Shown here piece by piece: positions 37,071-47,620 of a stretch of DNA of 64,000 nucleotides; the stretch's first letter is position 1, and every line of letters begins with the position of its first letter. Source of the DNA: a virus. Made by a program: the position numbers and the translations under genes. The notes under the pieces were generated by a model that was given only the letters and a program-made list of their open reading frames with translations, had not been told where the DNA came from and searched no databases. The stretch lies in the IMG/VR virus record IMGVR_UViG_3300025917_000002, positions 1 to 64,000 of that record; one strand, 5' to 3'.

Positions 37071-39482
37071 ATGAGCCTAGCAGAACGCTTCATCCCGTCC
37101 GCGATTCGCGGAATGTTCGGCGGAAACGGCGGCCAGCCGCCCGAAGAAATCGCCGAGCAGGAGCCACCGCCGATTTCCACCCAACTTTCGATCAACAAGG
37201 ACGAGCTGGAGCGCATCCGGCTCCAAATCCACTCAGACTACGACCTCGCGCTCGACGACCACAACATTCGGCTCCGCCGATGCGCCCGCCAAGAGGAACT
37301 TTGGCGCAAAAAGCCCGGAATGCCCGGCGGCGAAACCGGCGAATCGAACTTCCGCGTTCCCATCTGCACCGCCCTCATCTTCGCCAAGCACGCCCGCGAA
37401 ATCGACGCGATGTTCGGTCCAAAAGCGAGCGTTTCGGCCACCCCGCGCGGCCCTTCGGACACTAAAGCGGCGAAAAAGGTGTCGATCGCGATGTCCTGGC
37501 AGGTCTTGGACAACATGAAGTGCATAAAACCCGTTGCTCTTTGGGCGCTCCGCCGCCTCAAGCACGGGCGTTCCTTCGCTTTCGTCCCCTGGGAGTCGAA
37601 ATTCTACACCAAGTACGAAAATGGCGAGCGAAAACGGGTCAAATACCAATCATCTCCGATGATTTACCCCCTCGGAAACGACGAAATCATGCTCCCAGCC
37701 GACGTAGAAGGCTGTGACACCGTTCAGGACGCCCGTTGGGTGATGAGGCGCTACAAAACGACTCCTACGGAGATGCTCCAGCGCGAATCCGTGCCCGGAG
37801 AGCCCCAAAACGAGGAAGGCGACTGGTACCAAGGGATTTCCGAGAACTTCGAGAAGATCGTTCGGCTCGGTCGGGACGGCATCAACCGCTACCAGATGTC
37901 CAACGAAGATCAATCGAAGGTTGTCGCGGATCGCGATGAGGGCGTCATGCGTGATATGAGCAGCTCCGTCCGCGAGTACGTCATTGTGGAGGAGCATTAT
38001 ATAAGGTGGAGGATGGAAGTGGGCGCGCCACCCGAGGAGGAAACCGATGAAGATACCGAACTTGAAATTTCAGCCGACACTCCCGCCGATGCAGCGCAAC
38101 CCGCAGGTACTTTTAAGGATGAGCAAGGCGTCGTCAGAGAAATGCTCGAAACTGATCTTGTCGTTCGTTACGTCCGAGATTTGCACCTCATCGTCGGAAT
38201 CCAGCGGCTCGCCGAACTCTACCCGGATACGCCGAACAAGCGGCCCATCTTAGAGATGTCGCTGCTGAACGACGGACAATACTGGTGCCAAGGCTTGATC
38301 GAACTGACCGAGGAGATCGAGCAGGAAATGTCCATCCTCGCGAATAAGCTGATCGAAGCCGTCGGCATGTCCATTGCTCCGCCGATCTTCGTCGAACCTA
38401 CCGTCGGCGAGAACTTCATGAACCGGAAGTATGGCCCCTACGACCTCATCCCGACCGCCAACGCCGCCGGTGTCCAGCAGATGAAGATCACGCCGCAGAT
38501 TGAGTCCTTTGCGCAGCTCTGGCTCCTGTTCCAGCAAATCTACGAGCAAGTCACAGGCATCTCACAGGGGGTTTTTGGCCGGGCGATGGACCAGCCCAAC
38601 GCCCCCCGCACGCTCGGGGGCCAGCGGCTCGTAGCCGCCGCAGGGGACGTTCGGCTCGCGCTCGACATGCGAATGCTCGCCGAGGACCTCACGCGCGTCC
38701 TTGAGTGGATTTGGGACCTCTGGCGTATGATGGGCTCCGAGCAGGAGTTCTACCGCGTCGCGGAGGGCGATGCCCCGCGCGGCACCTTCAACACCGGCGA
38801 GGTCAACGAGGGCTTCGCTGCGCTCTCCGCCAAGGAGCGCGAAGCCAGCTACGACTTCTCCTTCCAGTTCGCAGATGACATGCAGCTCCGCGAAGGTAAG
38901 AAGCAGGAAATCCTGCTCGTGATGCAGGTCCTCTCGACCCTTCCGATCATCGCCACGAACCCCGCCGCTCAGTACCGCCTAGCTGTCGAGTTCTGCGAGG
39001 TCTTCAACATCGATTTCACGGAGATCATGGACGAGCCCCCACCGCTCTTTTCGCCGCGTCTGCCGTCGCTAGAGTGGACCCTTCTGCTCCAAGGTGAAGA
39101 CATCAACATCCACCCCGCCGACGACGACCAAACCCACATCGACGACCACGAGAACCGCGTCACAGCGATGTCGCTCGCTCCCGCCGAAGACCAGGACTGG
39201 GACGCGATCCTCGCGATGCGCGAACACGTCATCCAGCACCAACAGCAGATGCTTGCCAAACAGCAAGCACAGGAAGTTATGGCCGGGCTGCAAGCGATGC
39301 TCGGCGTAGCGCAGGGGGGCGTGCCCGGCCTTGGCGGAGGCGGTGGCCTGCCCCCCGGCAATCCCAACGCCCAAGGTATGCAAGGCGCGGGTCAGGCCGG
39401 ACTCGGCGCGCTCGGCGGCGGCCCCACCATCGGTGGCGGCATGGGCGGGGGGATGGAGGGGATGGGGCCGGTCGGCGGGTAG
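37071..39482 (+). CDS. Portal protein (podovirus/P22-like)
   Basis: ~800 aa after TerL; EQVTGIS...RTLGG, DDDQTHIDDH...HVIQH, Gly/Met-rich tail. Confidence 0.85.
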   Translation: MSLAERFIPSAIRGMFGGNGGQPPEEIAEQEPPPISTQLSINKDELERIRLQIHSDYDLALDDHNIRLRRCARQEELWRKKPGMPGGETGESNFRVPICTALIFAKHAREIDAMFGPKASVSATPRGPSDTKAAKKVSIAMSWQVLDNMKCIKPVALWALRRLKHGRSFAFVPWESKFYTKYENGERKRVKYQSSPMIYPLGNDEIMLPADVEGCDTVQDARWVMRRYKTTPTEMLQRESVPGEPQNEEGDWYQGISENFEKIVRLGRDGINRYQMSNEDQSKVVADRDEGVMRDMSSSVREYVIVEEHYIRWRMEVGAPPEEETDEDTELEISADTPADAAQPAGTFKDEQGVVREMLETDLVVRYVRDLHLIVGIQRLAELYPDTPNKRPILEMSLLNDGQYWCQGLIELTEEIEQEMSILANKLIEAVGMSIAPPIFVEPTVGENFMNRKYGPYDLIPTANAAGVQQMKITPQIESFAQLWLLFQQIYEQVTGISQGVFGRAMDQPNAPRTLGGQRLVAAAGDVRLALDMRMLAEDLTRVLEWIWDLWRMMGSEQEFYRVAEGDAPRGTFNTGEVNEGFAALSAKEREASYDFSFQFADDMQLREGKKQEILLVMQVLSTLPIIATNPAAQYRLAVEFCEVFNIDFTEIMDEPPPLFSPRLPSLEWTLLLQGEDINIHPADDDQTHIDDHENRVTAMSLAPAEDQDWDAILAMREHVIQHQQQMLAKQQAQEVMAGLQAMLGVAQGGVPGLGGGGGLPPGNPNAQGMQGAGQAGLGALGGGPTIGGGMGGGMEGMGPVGG

Positions 39483-39483
39483 C

Positions 39484-39512
39484 TTGACAGGTGTATGTAT
39501 GTATGTTATTCT
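39484..39512 (+). promoter_or_regulatory. Sigma70-like promoter with (GTAT)3 repeat spacer
   Basis: TTGACA-GGTGTATGTATGTATGT-TATTCT. Confidence 0.7.
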
Positions 39513-39518
39513 CGCCTC

Positions 39519-39698
39519 GTGTTGAAGGAACGATTAAACCTAAGCATAGGCGAAGAAGCGTCGCACGCCCTCTCCGACTTGTCCGAGCGCCTCAAGATGA
39601 GCAAGACCGCGATCATCGAGGCGGTGCTCATCGAGTGGGCGAAGCGGGAAAACCTAAAGAGCCTCAAGGCTCCCAAGAAAGGCGGTAGCAAGCGATGA
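39519..39698 (+). CDS. Ribbon-helix-helix regulator
   Basis: RLNLSIGEEASHALSDLSERLKMSKTAIIEAVL. Confidence 0.75.
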   Translation: MLKERLNLSIGEEASHALSDLSERLKMSKTAIIEAVLIEWAKRENLKSLKAPKKGGSKR

Positions 39699-40391
39699 AA
39701 GGCAGCGTCCCCTGTCCTCAATGCGGCAACCCAGAAACCGACTTGCTCAGCACGACCAACGACTACCGCAACTACTGCCCGGCTTGCGACGTGCGATTCA
39801 GCGATAAGGGGGAGTTTCCCCTAGAGAAAGTGGAGGCAACACCGATGAAAACCCTCGTCCTCAAAGTCGAACTTCGGGGTGAGAACATCAACGTCGATCT
39901 GGACAGCCCGATCATCGTGGGTGTCAAGGCGCTGTTGGAAGCAGCGATTCGTACAAAACGTACCGAGGAAACCTTGATTGATCTCGCACAGTGGAGTGAA
40001 TGGGCAACAGGCGTTACCGCCGTCGAAGTCCGCTTCCAGTTCAGTGAGGAGTCCATAGATTGATGAGCACCCCCGACGAACGCGGCGTCAACGAGGCCCT
40101 CAAGAGCTTCCAAAACTTTTGCCTCGACCAAATCGTCGCGGCTTGGTTCGCCGACGCGCCCGACCCCGCCGCCCTCACCGACGAAATGCTGGACAAGTGG
40201 GAGCGGATGATGCGTAGTCGCTACGGGCGGGCAGCACGGCAACAGTCAGAGGCAACTGGTATCATCACGACCGGCGGCACGTGGCTGGATGATGTACTTG
40301 AGGAGAGCAAGAAGCGGATCAGGGCGTCCTTGGGTAGGGCGATTAAGGATGCCACACTGACGGCGCAAGCGGAACGCGAGAAGGCTAATTG

Positions 40392-40643
40392 ATGACCATC
40401 GACGTAGTATCCCAATCCAAAGACTACCTCGAACTCTCCGACATCGAGTTCCACCCCCTCGTCCGCGCCAAGTTCCGCGAGGTCCTCGAAACGGAGGCTC
40501 GCAACCTCGAACAAGTTGCCCCTGACCGCCTGCTCAAGTTCCAGGGCCGCATCGAGATGCTGCGGTGGATTCTTGACGCGATGCTCCCGAAGATTTTGGC
40601 CGAACAGCGCGAACGGGCGAAGGCTGCGGAGGCGAGCGAGTGA
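40392..40643 (+). CDS. Small head-module protein
   Basis: LLKFQGRIEMLRWIL resembles small genes following podoviral portals. Confidence 0.5.
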   Translation: MTIDVVSQSKDYLELSDIEFHPLVRAKFREVLETEARNLEQVAPDRLLKFQGRIEMLRWILDAMLPKILAEQRERAKAAEASE

Positions 40644-41422
40644 GCACTGAATACTGTCCAGTAGGACGTATCGACTGGCAGGAACTTATGGAGATGGTGC
40701 CCCCACCACCTCTACGATGGGATAGCGAGCAAGCTGTTACTCGGCGGTTATACGATGCGGAAACTAACCGATATATTTGGGTCGCCGACACAAAACGGGG
40801 TGCGGTGTTTGAGTTATTCGGCTCGAACCAAGATGAGGACGGAGACGTTTCTATCAAGCGCATCAGCCAGTGGCTTGATACGGAGTTAGTAGAGCAATGA
40901 CCCCAACCATCATCGTCCCTTCTTTCACGTGTCGCCACTGCCGCCGCCCCATCTCTCCGGCTTTCATCGCGTCGCTCGTCGGCACGAACCCTGCGAACGG
41001 TTACTTATGTGAGACGTGTATTGTGCGGGAGCAGGAAAACATGCACCGCCTCCAAGCCTCGCTCAACGAAGTCACGCTCGACATCGACGGGGCCGCCCCG
41101 CCCTGCGCGATCTGCGACACGATCAAGGGAGACGAGCGGGTGCTTGAAGACTACGAAGGCGCGAAGGCGTTCATGTGCAAGCCGTGCGCGGATGCTTACT
41201 TGGTTAGTAATCGAGATAAGCTGAAGGGGACGAAGCTCGAATGGGACTTGAAGCTAAAGTAGAACCGACTGACCCTGATGTTTGCCCCAAGTGTCGAGGC
41301 GACTTGGGCTGGACCTTACGCGGCTCAATGGACGGCAACCCCTATCGCGGCAACGTCGCAACCTGCCGTGATTGTGATTACTTTTACGAGCCTAGTGAGG
41401 AGTGGCTGCGGATACATAAGCG

Positions 41423-43105
41423 ATGACCAACGGCCTCGTCAGCATCATAATCCCCTCCCGCAGCGAGCAATTCCTCGTCCCCACGGTCAACGATTTGTTC
41501 GCCAAAGCGGTTGGTCCCATCGAAGTAATAGTGTGCTTGGATGGTGGGTCATGGCCTGATCCACCCCTACCGTTCGACCGTGGAAGCCTCACTGTTATCC
41601 GCCATTCAGAGTCCCTCGGCACGCGCGCCGCGATCAACGCCTGCGTCGAAGCCGCCAGTGGCGAGTTCATCATGAAGTCCGACGCTCATTGCTTGTACGC
41701 GGAAGGGTTCGATGAGGCCCTCAAAGCCTCTTGCTTCTCCAACCACGTCGTCGTCCCCCGCCGCAAGCGCCTTGACGCGGAGAACTGGCGCGTCGAGGAA
41801 ACCAACCGGCCCGACTGCGACTACGAATACATCCAGTGGCACCCCACCGACTTCGGCGGTCGCGGCCACAACATCGCCCGTTGGGAGGAGCGCAACCGGG
41901 ATGAGTCGCTCAAGTCGATCCCGATCGACGACCTGATGGCCTTCCAGGCGAGCTGCTATTTCATGCGCCGAGACTACTGGAATTTCCTAGAACTGATGGA
42001 CGAGTCCGCCTACGGCAAAACCCAAAACGAAGGAGAGGAGATCGCGCTCAAATGTTGGCTCAGCGCCGGGCGGGTAGTTATCAACAAGCTCACGTGGTTT
42101 GCCCACTTGTGGAAGGGCTCCCGCTACCCCCGCGACTACAAGTTCGAGCCGTCCGACCTCGCCCAAGGCGCGAGCGGCGTTCAGCGGTGGCTCACCGACT
42201 CCGCGTGGCCCAAGCAAACGCTCCCGTTCTCGTGGCTGATCGACAAGTTTAACCCACCCGGTTGGCCCCCCGATTGGCGCGCGCAGGTAATCAATGACCA
42301 GTCTCGGCCAGTACCAATATCGCACGGAAGCCGGAGCCCTGATGCCCCCGGCTCTCCGCTACCACAACTGGATCAACCAAGCCCTGCACCGGGGCCACTG
42401 CCCGCTGAACGCGACGCTCCTAGTGCTGGGGTCGTTCTACCAAAGGATATACGGTCTATGAGCGATACGCTTGCCCGCATCCTCGGCAAGTTCAACCTTG
42501 ACCCGAGGGCTGATTACAGCAAGGTCACGATGCCCCTTACGTTGCGGATGAACCGCACGGAACTTGCCGCGTTGTTCGCCGAACTCGGTTTCACCGTGGG
42601 GGCGGAGATCGGCACGGCGGCGGGAGATTATGCAGAGACGCTCTGTAAAGCGAACCCCGATCTGCTGCTCCTACATTGTGTGGACAAGTGGCAACCTTAC
42701 CACGGCTACACCGACCACACCCATAAGACGACGTTGGACGGATTTTACAATGAGGCTAAAGCGCGGCTCGCACCTTATCCCGTGTTTATGCACCGTGAGT
42801 GGTCGTTGGATGCGGCGAAGGAATTTGAGGACGGTTCTCTTGACTTTGTCTACATCGACGCGAATCATAGGTACGAGTACGTCGTCGCCGACATCGCCGC
42901 GTGGCTCCCGAAGGTCCGCTCGGGTGGAGTCCTCGCGGGCCACGACTTCAACCAGTCCCGCCAGTCCCGCAAGAAGCTCTTTGGCGTCGTCGAGGCCGTC
43001 ACCGGCTGGTGCTCCGCCTACAACGTAGCCCCTTGGTTCGTCTGCAAGGGCGAATGGGTTTCGGTCGGAGATAAGACGCCGAGTTGGTTCTGGGTGAAGC
43101 CATGA
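41423..43105 (+). CDS. GT-A glycosyltransferase (ppGalNAc-T-like) fused to class I SAM methyltransferase
   Basis: SIIIPSR, KSDAHC, EEIALKCWLSAGRV...FAHLWK; Pro linker; AEIGTAAG, DFVYIDANH.Y..V..DI..W..KVRSGG..AGHD. Confidence 0.9.
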   Translation: MTNGLVSIIIPSRSEQFLVPTVNDLFAKAVGPIEVIVCLDGGSWPDPPLPFDRGSLTVIRHSESLGTRAAINACVEAASGEFIMKSDAHCLYAEGFDEALKASCFSNHVVVPRRKRLDAENWRVEETNRPDCDYEYIQWHPTDFGGRGHNIARWEERNRDESLKSIPIDDLMAFQASCYFMRRDYWNFLELMDESAYGKTQNEGEEIALKCWLSAGRVVINKLTWFAHLWKGSRYPRDYKFEPSDLAQGASGVQRWLTDSAWPKQTLPFSWLIDKFNPPGWPPDWRAQVINDQSRPVPISHGSRSPDAPGSPLPQLDQPSPAPGPLPAERDAPSAGVVLPKDIRSMSDTLARILGKFNLDPRADYSKVTMPLTLRMNRTELAALFAELGFTVGAEIGTAAGDYAETLCKANPDLLLLHCVDKWQPYHGYTDHTHKTTLDGFYNEAKARLAPYPVFMHREWSLDAAKEFEDGSLDFVYIDANHRYEYVVADIAAWLPKVRSGGVLAGHDFNQSRQSRKKLFGVVEAVTGWCSAYNVAPWFVCKGEWVSVGDKTPSWFWVKP

Positions 43106-43267
43106 AGTGGAAGGACGAGTCAAAGTTCTCGAAAAGCAAGCGTAAGTATTGGGTGAGAGCGCAAGGTGATATTGCTGAGAGGTGGAAAGGTAGTGGCCCC
43201 AAACCCGAAACGAGAAGCGAGAAACGGAGGGATCGGTTAGCTCGTGGTATATTAGGCATAAAGAAAA

Positions 43268-45136
43268 ATGCGTGACCTCTCCATCCTCATACCTTCCCGT
43301 CAGGAACCATTTTTGCGGCACACAATCGAGGACATCCTCGCCCGCATCGAAGCGGACACGGAGATCATCGCGGTCTGCGACGGGGCCTTGCCGGTAGAGC
43401 CGATAGATGACCATCCGCGTGTGAAGTTGGTGCTGCTCCCGAAGTCCATCGGTCAGCGTGCCGCCACGAACCTCGCGGCTCGAATGTCCAAGGCGAAGTT
43501 CATAATGAAGCTCGACGCGCACTGTGCGCTTGACCAAGGCTTCGACGTTAAGTTGATGGCAGATTGCGAATACGATTGGACGGTTGTGGGAAAAATGTAT
43601 AACCTCCACGTCTTTGATTGGGCCTGCAAGGTCTGCGGCCACCGCCGCTACATGGGTCCACTCCCGACCAAGTGCCTGAACGATGCTTGCCCCGGCACCG
43701 AGTTTGAGCAGATCATCGTTTGGAAGCCCCGGCTCCACCGCCTAACCAGCGCGTATCGGTTCGACGCTAACCTACATTTCCAATATTTTAGAGAGTACAC
43801 CAAACGGCTCTTTAACGCAGGCAACCACGGCCTGCTCACCGATACGATGTCTCTGCTCGGAGCCTGCTGGTTTCTCCATCGCGATCGCTATTGGGAACTC
43901 GGTGGCCTCGATGAGCGGCACACATCCTGGGGCCAGATGGGCACCGAGATCGCCTGTGCCACTTGGCTCACGGGCGGTCGCCTCGTCTGCAACCAGAAGA
44001 CGTGGTTTTCACACATGTTCAGGACGCAGTCGGGGTTTTCGTTCCCATACGAAATGGACGGCAAGGGTCAGGCTTACTCGCGGGTCCACTCGCGCTGGCT
44101 CTGGGTAGAGGGGAACTACCCGAAGATGCTTCGCCCGTTGTCGTCGCTTGTGGAGCAATTCGCCCCCGTCCCCGACTGGACAGATGAGGCGCTTGAGAAC
44201 CTGAAGAAGATCGAACGTAAGAAATGGGGAGGTCGAAATGGACCACTTGTACCATTTTCTGGCGACGCTATCACTAATGGTCAGCCTCGGAGCGTTCTTA
44301 GCTCTGACCGCGCAAATAGTAGTAGGGGTAATCAGGCTCATCAAACCGCTGCGATAATCTACTACACCGACTGCCTGCTCGCCGATCCCATCTACGAAGC
44401 CTGCCAGCGCCAGCTCGCCCGCGCCTGTGGCACGATCCCTATCACGAGCGTCTCCCTCGGTAAAGGCATAGACTTCGGCGAGAACATCATCATCCATCGG
44501 CAGCGGGGGGCGAAGACGCTCTTTCTCCAGCTTATCGCAGGGCTGGAGGCGAGCACCGCCGACTTTGTGTTCTTCTGTGAGCACGACGTGCTCTACGATA
44601 AGAGTTGCTTCGCATTTACACCACCGCGCGACGACGTTTTCTACTACAACGTCTCCCTCGTCCGCGTGAGCGCGGCTTCCGGTAAAGCCGTGGGCTATCA
44701 AGCGAAGCAGCTCTCGGGGCTGTGCGCGAACCGGCTGCTCCTGCTTGAGCACTACTACCGGCGTTTAGCGCGCATGGCCCTAACCTGTCGCCAAGTCGCG
44801 GGCGAAGGCCGCGAACTCCCCCCGAAGTGGCCCGACGGCCACTCCCGCTTCACTGGCTGGGAGCCCGGCGCAAACTCGCGCGCGGGGCACGAGGTTGATG
44901 GCTACAAGAGCGACGTTTGGCAATCAGCCGTACCCTACATCGACATTCGCGACCACGGCACGAACTTTAGTCGAACGCGCTGGAAGCGTTCCCTATTCTG
45001 GGACAAATCCACCTGTGAAGGCTGGCACGAGTTCGCCCCCGGCGAGCTAATTCCCGGCTGGCCGAGCGCCCCTGTTGGGTGCTTCAGCGAGTTCCTCGCC
45101 GACCTATCCAGCTATGTAGCTAACGAAAGTCCTTGA
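43268..45136 (+). CDS. Two-domain glycosyltransferase (ppGalNAc-T-like + second GT-A domain)
   Basis: SILIPSR, KLDAHC, GGLDE..SWGQMGTEI..WLTGG..SHMFR; second domain IIYYTD...FFCEHDVLY. Confidence 0.9.
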   Translation: MRDLSILIPSRQEPFLRHTIEDILARIEADTEIIAVCDGALPVEPIDDHPRVKLVLLPKSIGQRAATNLAARMSKAKFIMKLDAHCALDQGFDVKLMADCEYDWTVVGKMYNLHVFDWACKVCGHRRYMGPLPTKCLNDACPGTEFEQIIVWKPRLHRLTSAYRFDANLHFQYFREYTKRLFNAGNHGLLTDTMSLLGACWFLHRDRYWELGGLDERHTSWGQMGTEIACATWLTGGRLVCNQKTWFSHMFRTQSGFSFPYEMDGKGQAYSRVHSRWLWVEGNYPKMLRPLSSLVEQFAPVPDWTDEALENLKKIERKKWGGRNGPLVPFSGDAITNGQPRSVLSSDRANSSRGNQAHQTAAIIYYTDCLLADPIYEACQRQLARACGTIPITSVSLGKGIDFGENIIIHRQRGAKTLFLQLIAGLEASTADFVFFCEHDVLYDKSCFAFTPPRDDVFYYNVSLVRVSAASGKAVGYQAKQLSGLCANRLLLLEHYYRRLARMALTCRQVAGEGRELPPKWPDGHSRFTGWEPGANSRAGHEVDGYKSDVWQSAVPYIDIRDHGTNFSRTRWKRSLFWDKSTCEGWHEFAPGELIPGWPSAPVGCFSEFLADLSSYVANESP

Positions 45137-45208
45137 CACACCACCCCTAGTGGGCTATGCTCGCCAACCAGAGGGCCAACATGCTCTCGCGCTACGCCTA
45201 AAAACTTT

Positions 45209-46075
45209 ATGGCTAAAGAAACGGACGAAACCGAAGACACCACCGCAACCGAAGACCTCGACCAGCCCGACGAAGCAGCCGAGGATACCCAGCCACTTGA
45301 ACTGCCCGACGATCCCGAAGAACTCAAGAAGTTCGCCACAAGCGCGGCTTCCGAACGAGAGCAACTTCGGCGTGAACGTGCGCAGCTCCAAAGCGAACGA
45401 GACAGACTAAAGGAACTGGAGGAGGAGCAACGTACCAAGGCTACCTATTGGGCCACGGACGCCGAAGCGAAAGCTGCCGAGTTGCGACAACTGAGAGGTA
45501 AGGCTACGAAGCAGCCCAAGGCTGAGGCCGCCGAAGCCGCTGAGGATGACGAAGAACTCGCCGTCCTCGCCGCCAACGGTATGAAGCTCAGCGACCTCAA
45601 GCGCATGTGGCAGGCCGACGCGGACAAGGCCGCTAAGCGAGAACGGGTTGAGGCCACCAATCAAGGCGCTCACGCCCGGCAGATCGTCACTGATTACCCC
45701 GATCTGGCTAACGACAACTCGCCGCTCTCAAAGGCGACGATAGCAGAGATGGAGATCATCAGCCGTGACGACCCGACGCTTAGCGATCAGGCTACGTTCG
45801 AGCTGGCCACTCGCCGCTCTGCGGCGAGGTTGGGAATCGCACCGCGCAGCGTAGCGGCGGCCAACGGCAAGTCGCCCGAGGAAACCGAACGCGCGCGCAG
45901 GCGTGCGGCGCAGGGCGGCCCAACCGGCAAACCAGCAGCCTCGAAAGGCGCAGTCGTCGTCACCGACGCAGACCGAGCGATGGCCCGCAAGATGAACGGT
46001 GGTCAGGACGTGCCCGACAAGCTGTTGATCGAGGCAAAGAGGCGTCTAGCCGACGGCCAAGCGGCCCGTGCGTAG
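45209..46075 (+). CDS. Capsid scaffolding protein
   Basis: Acidic N-terminus, coiled coil, basic C-terminal helix; upstream of capsid; TTGACA promoter at 45133. Confidence 0.75.
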   Translation: MAKETDETEDTTATEDLDQPDEAAEDTQPLELPDDPEELKKFATSAASEREQLRRERAQLQSERDRLKELEEEQRTKATYWATDAEAKAAELRQLRGKATKQPKAEAAEAAEDDEELAVLAANGMKLSDLKRMWQADADKAAKRERVEATNQGAHARQIVTDYPDLANDNSPLSKATIAEMEIISRDDPTLSDQATFELATRRSAARLGIAPRSVAAANGKSPEETERARRRAAQGGPTGKPAASKGAVVVTDADRAMARKMNGGQDVPDKLLIEAKRRLADGQAARA

Positions 46076-46144
46076 CTCAAGTAGCAGTCGTTCTTCCAGA
46101 ACTCCTTCCAAACGTCTCGTCCGCATCACGCGGAGCGAGAATCC

Positions 46145-46942
46145 ATGTCAAGTCAGCCGACCGAAGCAGCCGATGCACGGACCATCGGCCAGTACAACAC
46201 CGATCCCCTAAACAAACAGCAACGTGGCCGTTTGCACTACCTCGGCTGGAAAAACGTAGACATCGCCGAGATGACCGTGGCCGGTGCGCTCGCCAATCTC
46301 AAGGCTGGTAGCGCGAAACCCGGCAGCAAAGCCTTTCTCAAGAACCAAGTTAATCCGTTGACTGGCACCAAGGATGTCAGCGAGCTTGTCGGCAAGTATT
46401 CCAACGAGGAGATCGAGAAGCGTGCTGGCAACGCTCCGCTCCCAAGTGGTGTGCAGGTAACAGTCGATGAGTTTACCCGTAAATGTCAGCAAGCGGCTAC
46501 CGAACCCTTCGTCATGGACGAGTACACGGGCCGCGTGACCAAGGGCGCGGACCCGATGAACGCAATGCTCCATGAGATGGAGGAGCGTTATTGCGTTTAT
46601 AAGGACGGGTTCGACAAGGAAGGTAAGCCCGTCAAGGTCCGAACCCCTACTCGACGCTTCCGCTTCACCCATCCAAGTGAGCCGCCAGTCCTCGGGCCAG
46701 CGTGGGACCCCGTTTACGATCAAGTCACTGGTAAGCGCGTCCAAGTTGGAGAACTGTTCATGGTCTGGATGCCGGTGGAAATCTACCAAGAGGGTCGCGA
46801 GAAGCCAAACCTTGAGCGTTCACGCCGAATGACCGGTGCGATCGAGAAGAACAAGTCCGACCAGATGAGCAGTGACGGCGAGAGCGCAAACGTCACCGAG
46901 GGCAAGTTTGAAATCGGTAAGTCAGAGGCGTATTACGCCTAG
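46145..46942 (+). CDS. Head-module hypothetical protein
   Basis: Long ORF between scaffold and capsid genes. Confidence 0.55.
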   Translation: MSSQPTEAADARTIGQYNTDPLNKQQRGRLHYLGWKNVDIAEMTVAGALANLKAGSAKPGSKAFLKNQVNPLTGTKDVSELVGKYSNEEIEKRAGNAPLPSGVQVTVDEFTRKCQQAATEPFVMDEYTGRVTKGADPMNAMLHEMEERYCVYKDGFDKEGKPVKVRTPTRRFRFTHPSEPPVLGPAWDPVYDQVTGKRVQVGELFMVWMPVEIYQEGREKPNLERSRRMTGAIEKNKSDQMSSDGESANVTEGKFEIGKSEAYYA

Positions 46943-47033
46943 CGGCGGCAAAGCCGCCGGTCGGGGTTCTCGCTGAGTCGAGAGTCCATTCGATGGCCTC
47001 CAAGAACACGAACAAAAAAGAGAGGAACTGAAA

Positions 47034-47585
47034 ATGGCTAACGTTGACAACCCAAATGGATTTGCTTTCACCAGCTTGAACAACCCGAACCCCCCGGACA
47101 CTAAGCAGTACGTCAAGCTCGTTGGCGTCGCGCAGGCATTCTTCCAACAGGAAGTTGCGTTCCAAGCCGCGTCGTCTACGCTCTCCGAGGGCAAGGGGGC
47201 GATTACGCCGCTTGGCACGCCTGGCACCACCGTCATCATGGGTGTCTGCCAGAACCGAGGTGCAGCTTCCCTCAAGACTCGCCACCACGTCATCGTTGAC
47301 CCCCGCGCCGAGTTCATCGCGCAAGACGACGGCGACACTAACGGCGTCGATGCCACCGAAGCAAACCAGAATGCCAACGTCTCGCTTGGCGCAGGCAGCG
47401 CCACAACCGGCTTCTCCGGCAACGAAATCGACGAAGCCTCCATCGCCGTCACCCTCGGTCTCGATCTCCAGCTGATCGGGCTCGCCCCCGACGTGAGTGC
47501 GGTCGGAAACGCCTTCGGCAGCAGCCACGTCCGAATGATTTGCCGGTTCCACGTGAACCGATTTGCTCGAAGCGCCGGGCTGTAA
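47034..47585 (+). CDS. Capsid decoration/cement protein
   Basis: MANVDNPNGF..., IVDPRAEFIAQ, directly before capsid gene. Confidence 0.7.
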   Translation: MANVDNPNGFAFTSLNNPNPPDTKQYVKLVGVAQAFFQQEVAFQAASSTLSEGKGAITPLGTPGTTVIMGVCQNRGAASLKTRHHVIVDPRAEFIAQDDGDTNGVDATEANQNANVSLGAGSATTGFSGNEIDEASIAVTLGLDLQLIGLAPDVSAVGNAFGSSHVRMICRFHVNRFARSAGL

Positions 47586-47620
47586 GCCTAGCGCCACTTT
47601 TATAAGTGAGGTAAACGAAA

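Noticed and set aside
41423-45136. GTs as DNA glucosyltransferases or O-antigen conversion enzymes
   Set aside because: No hydroxymethyl-base genes, no TM/flippase partners, and location in the head module; not excluded, but less likely
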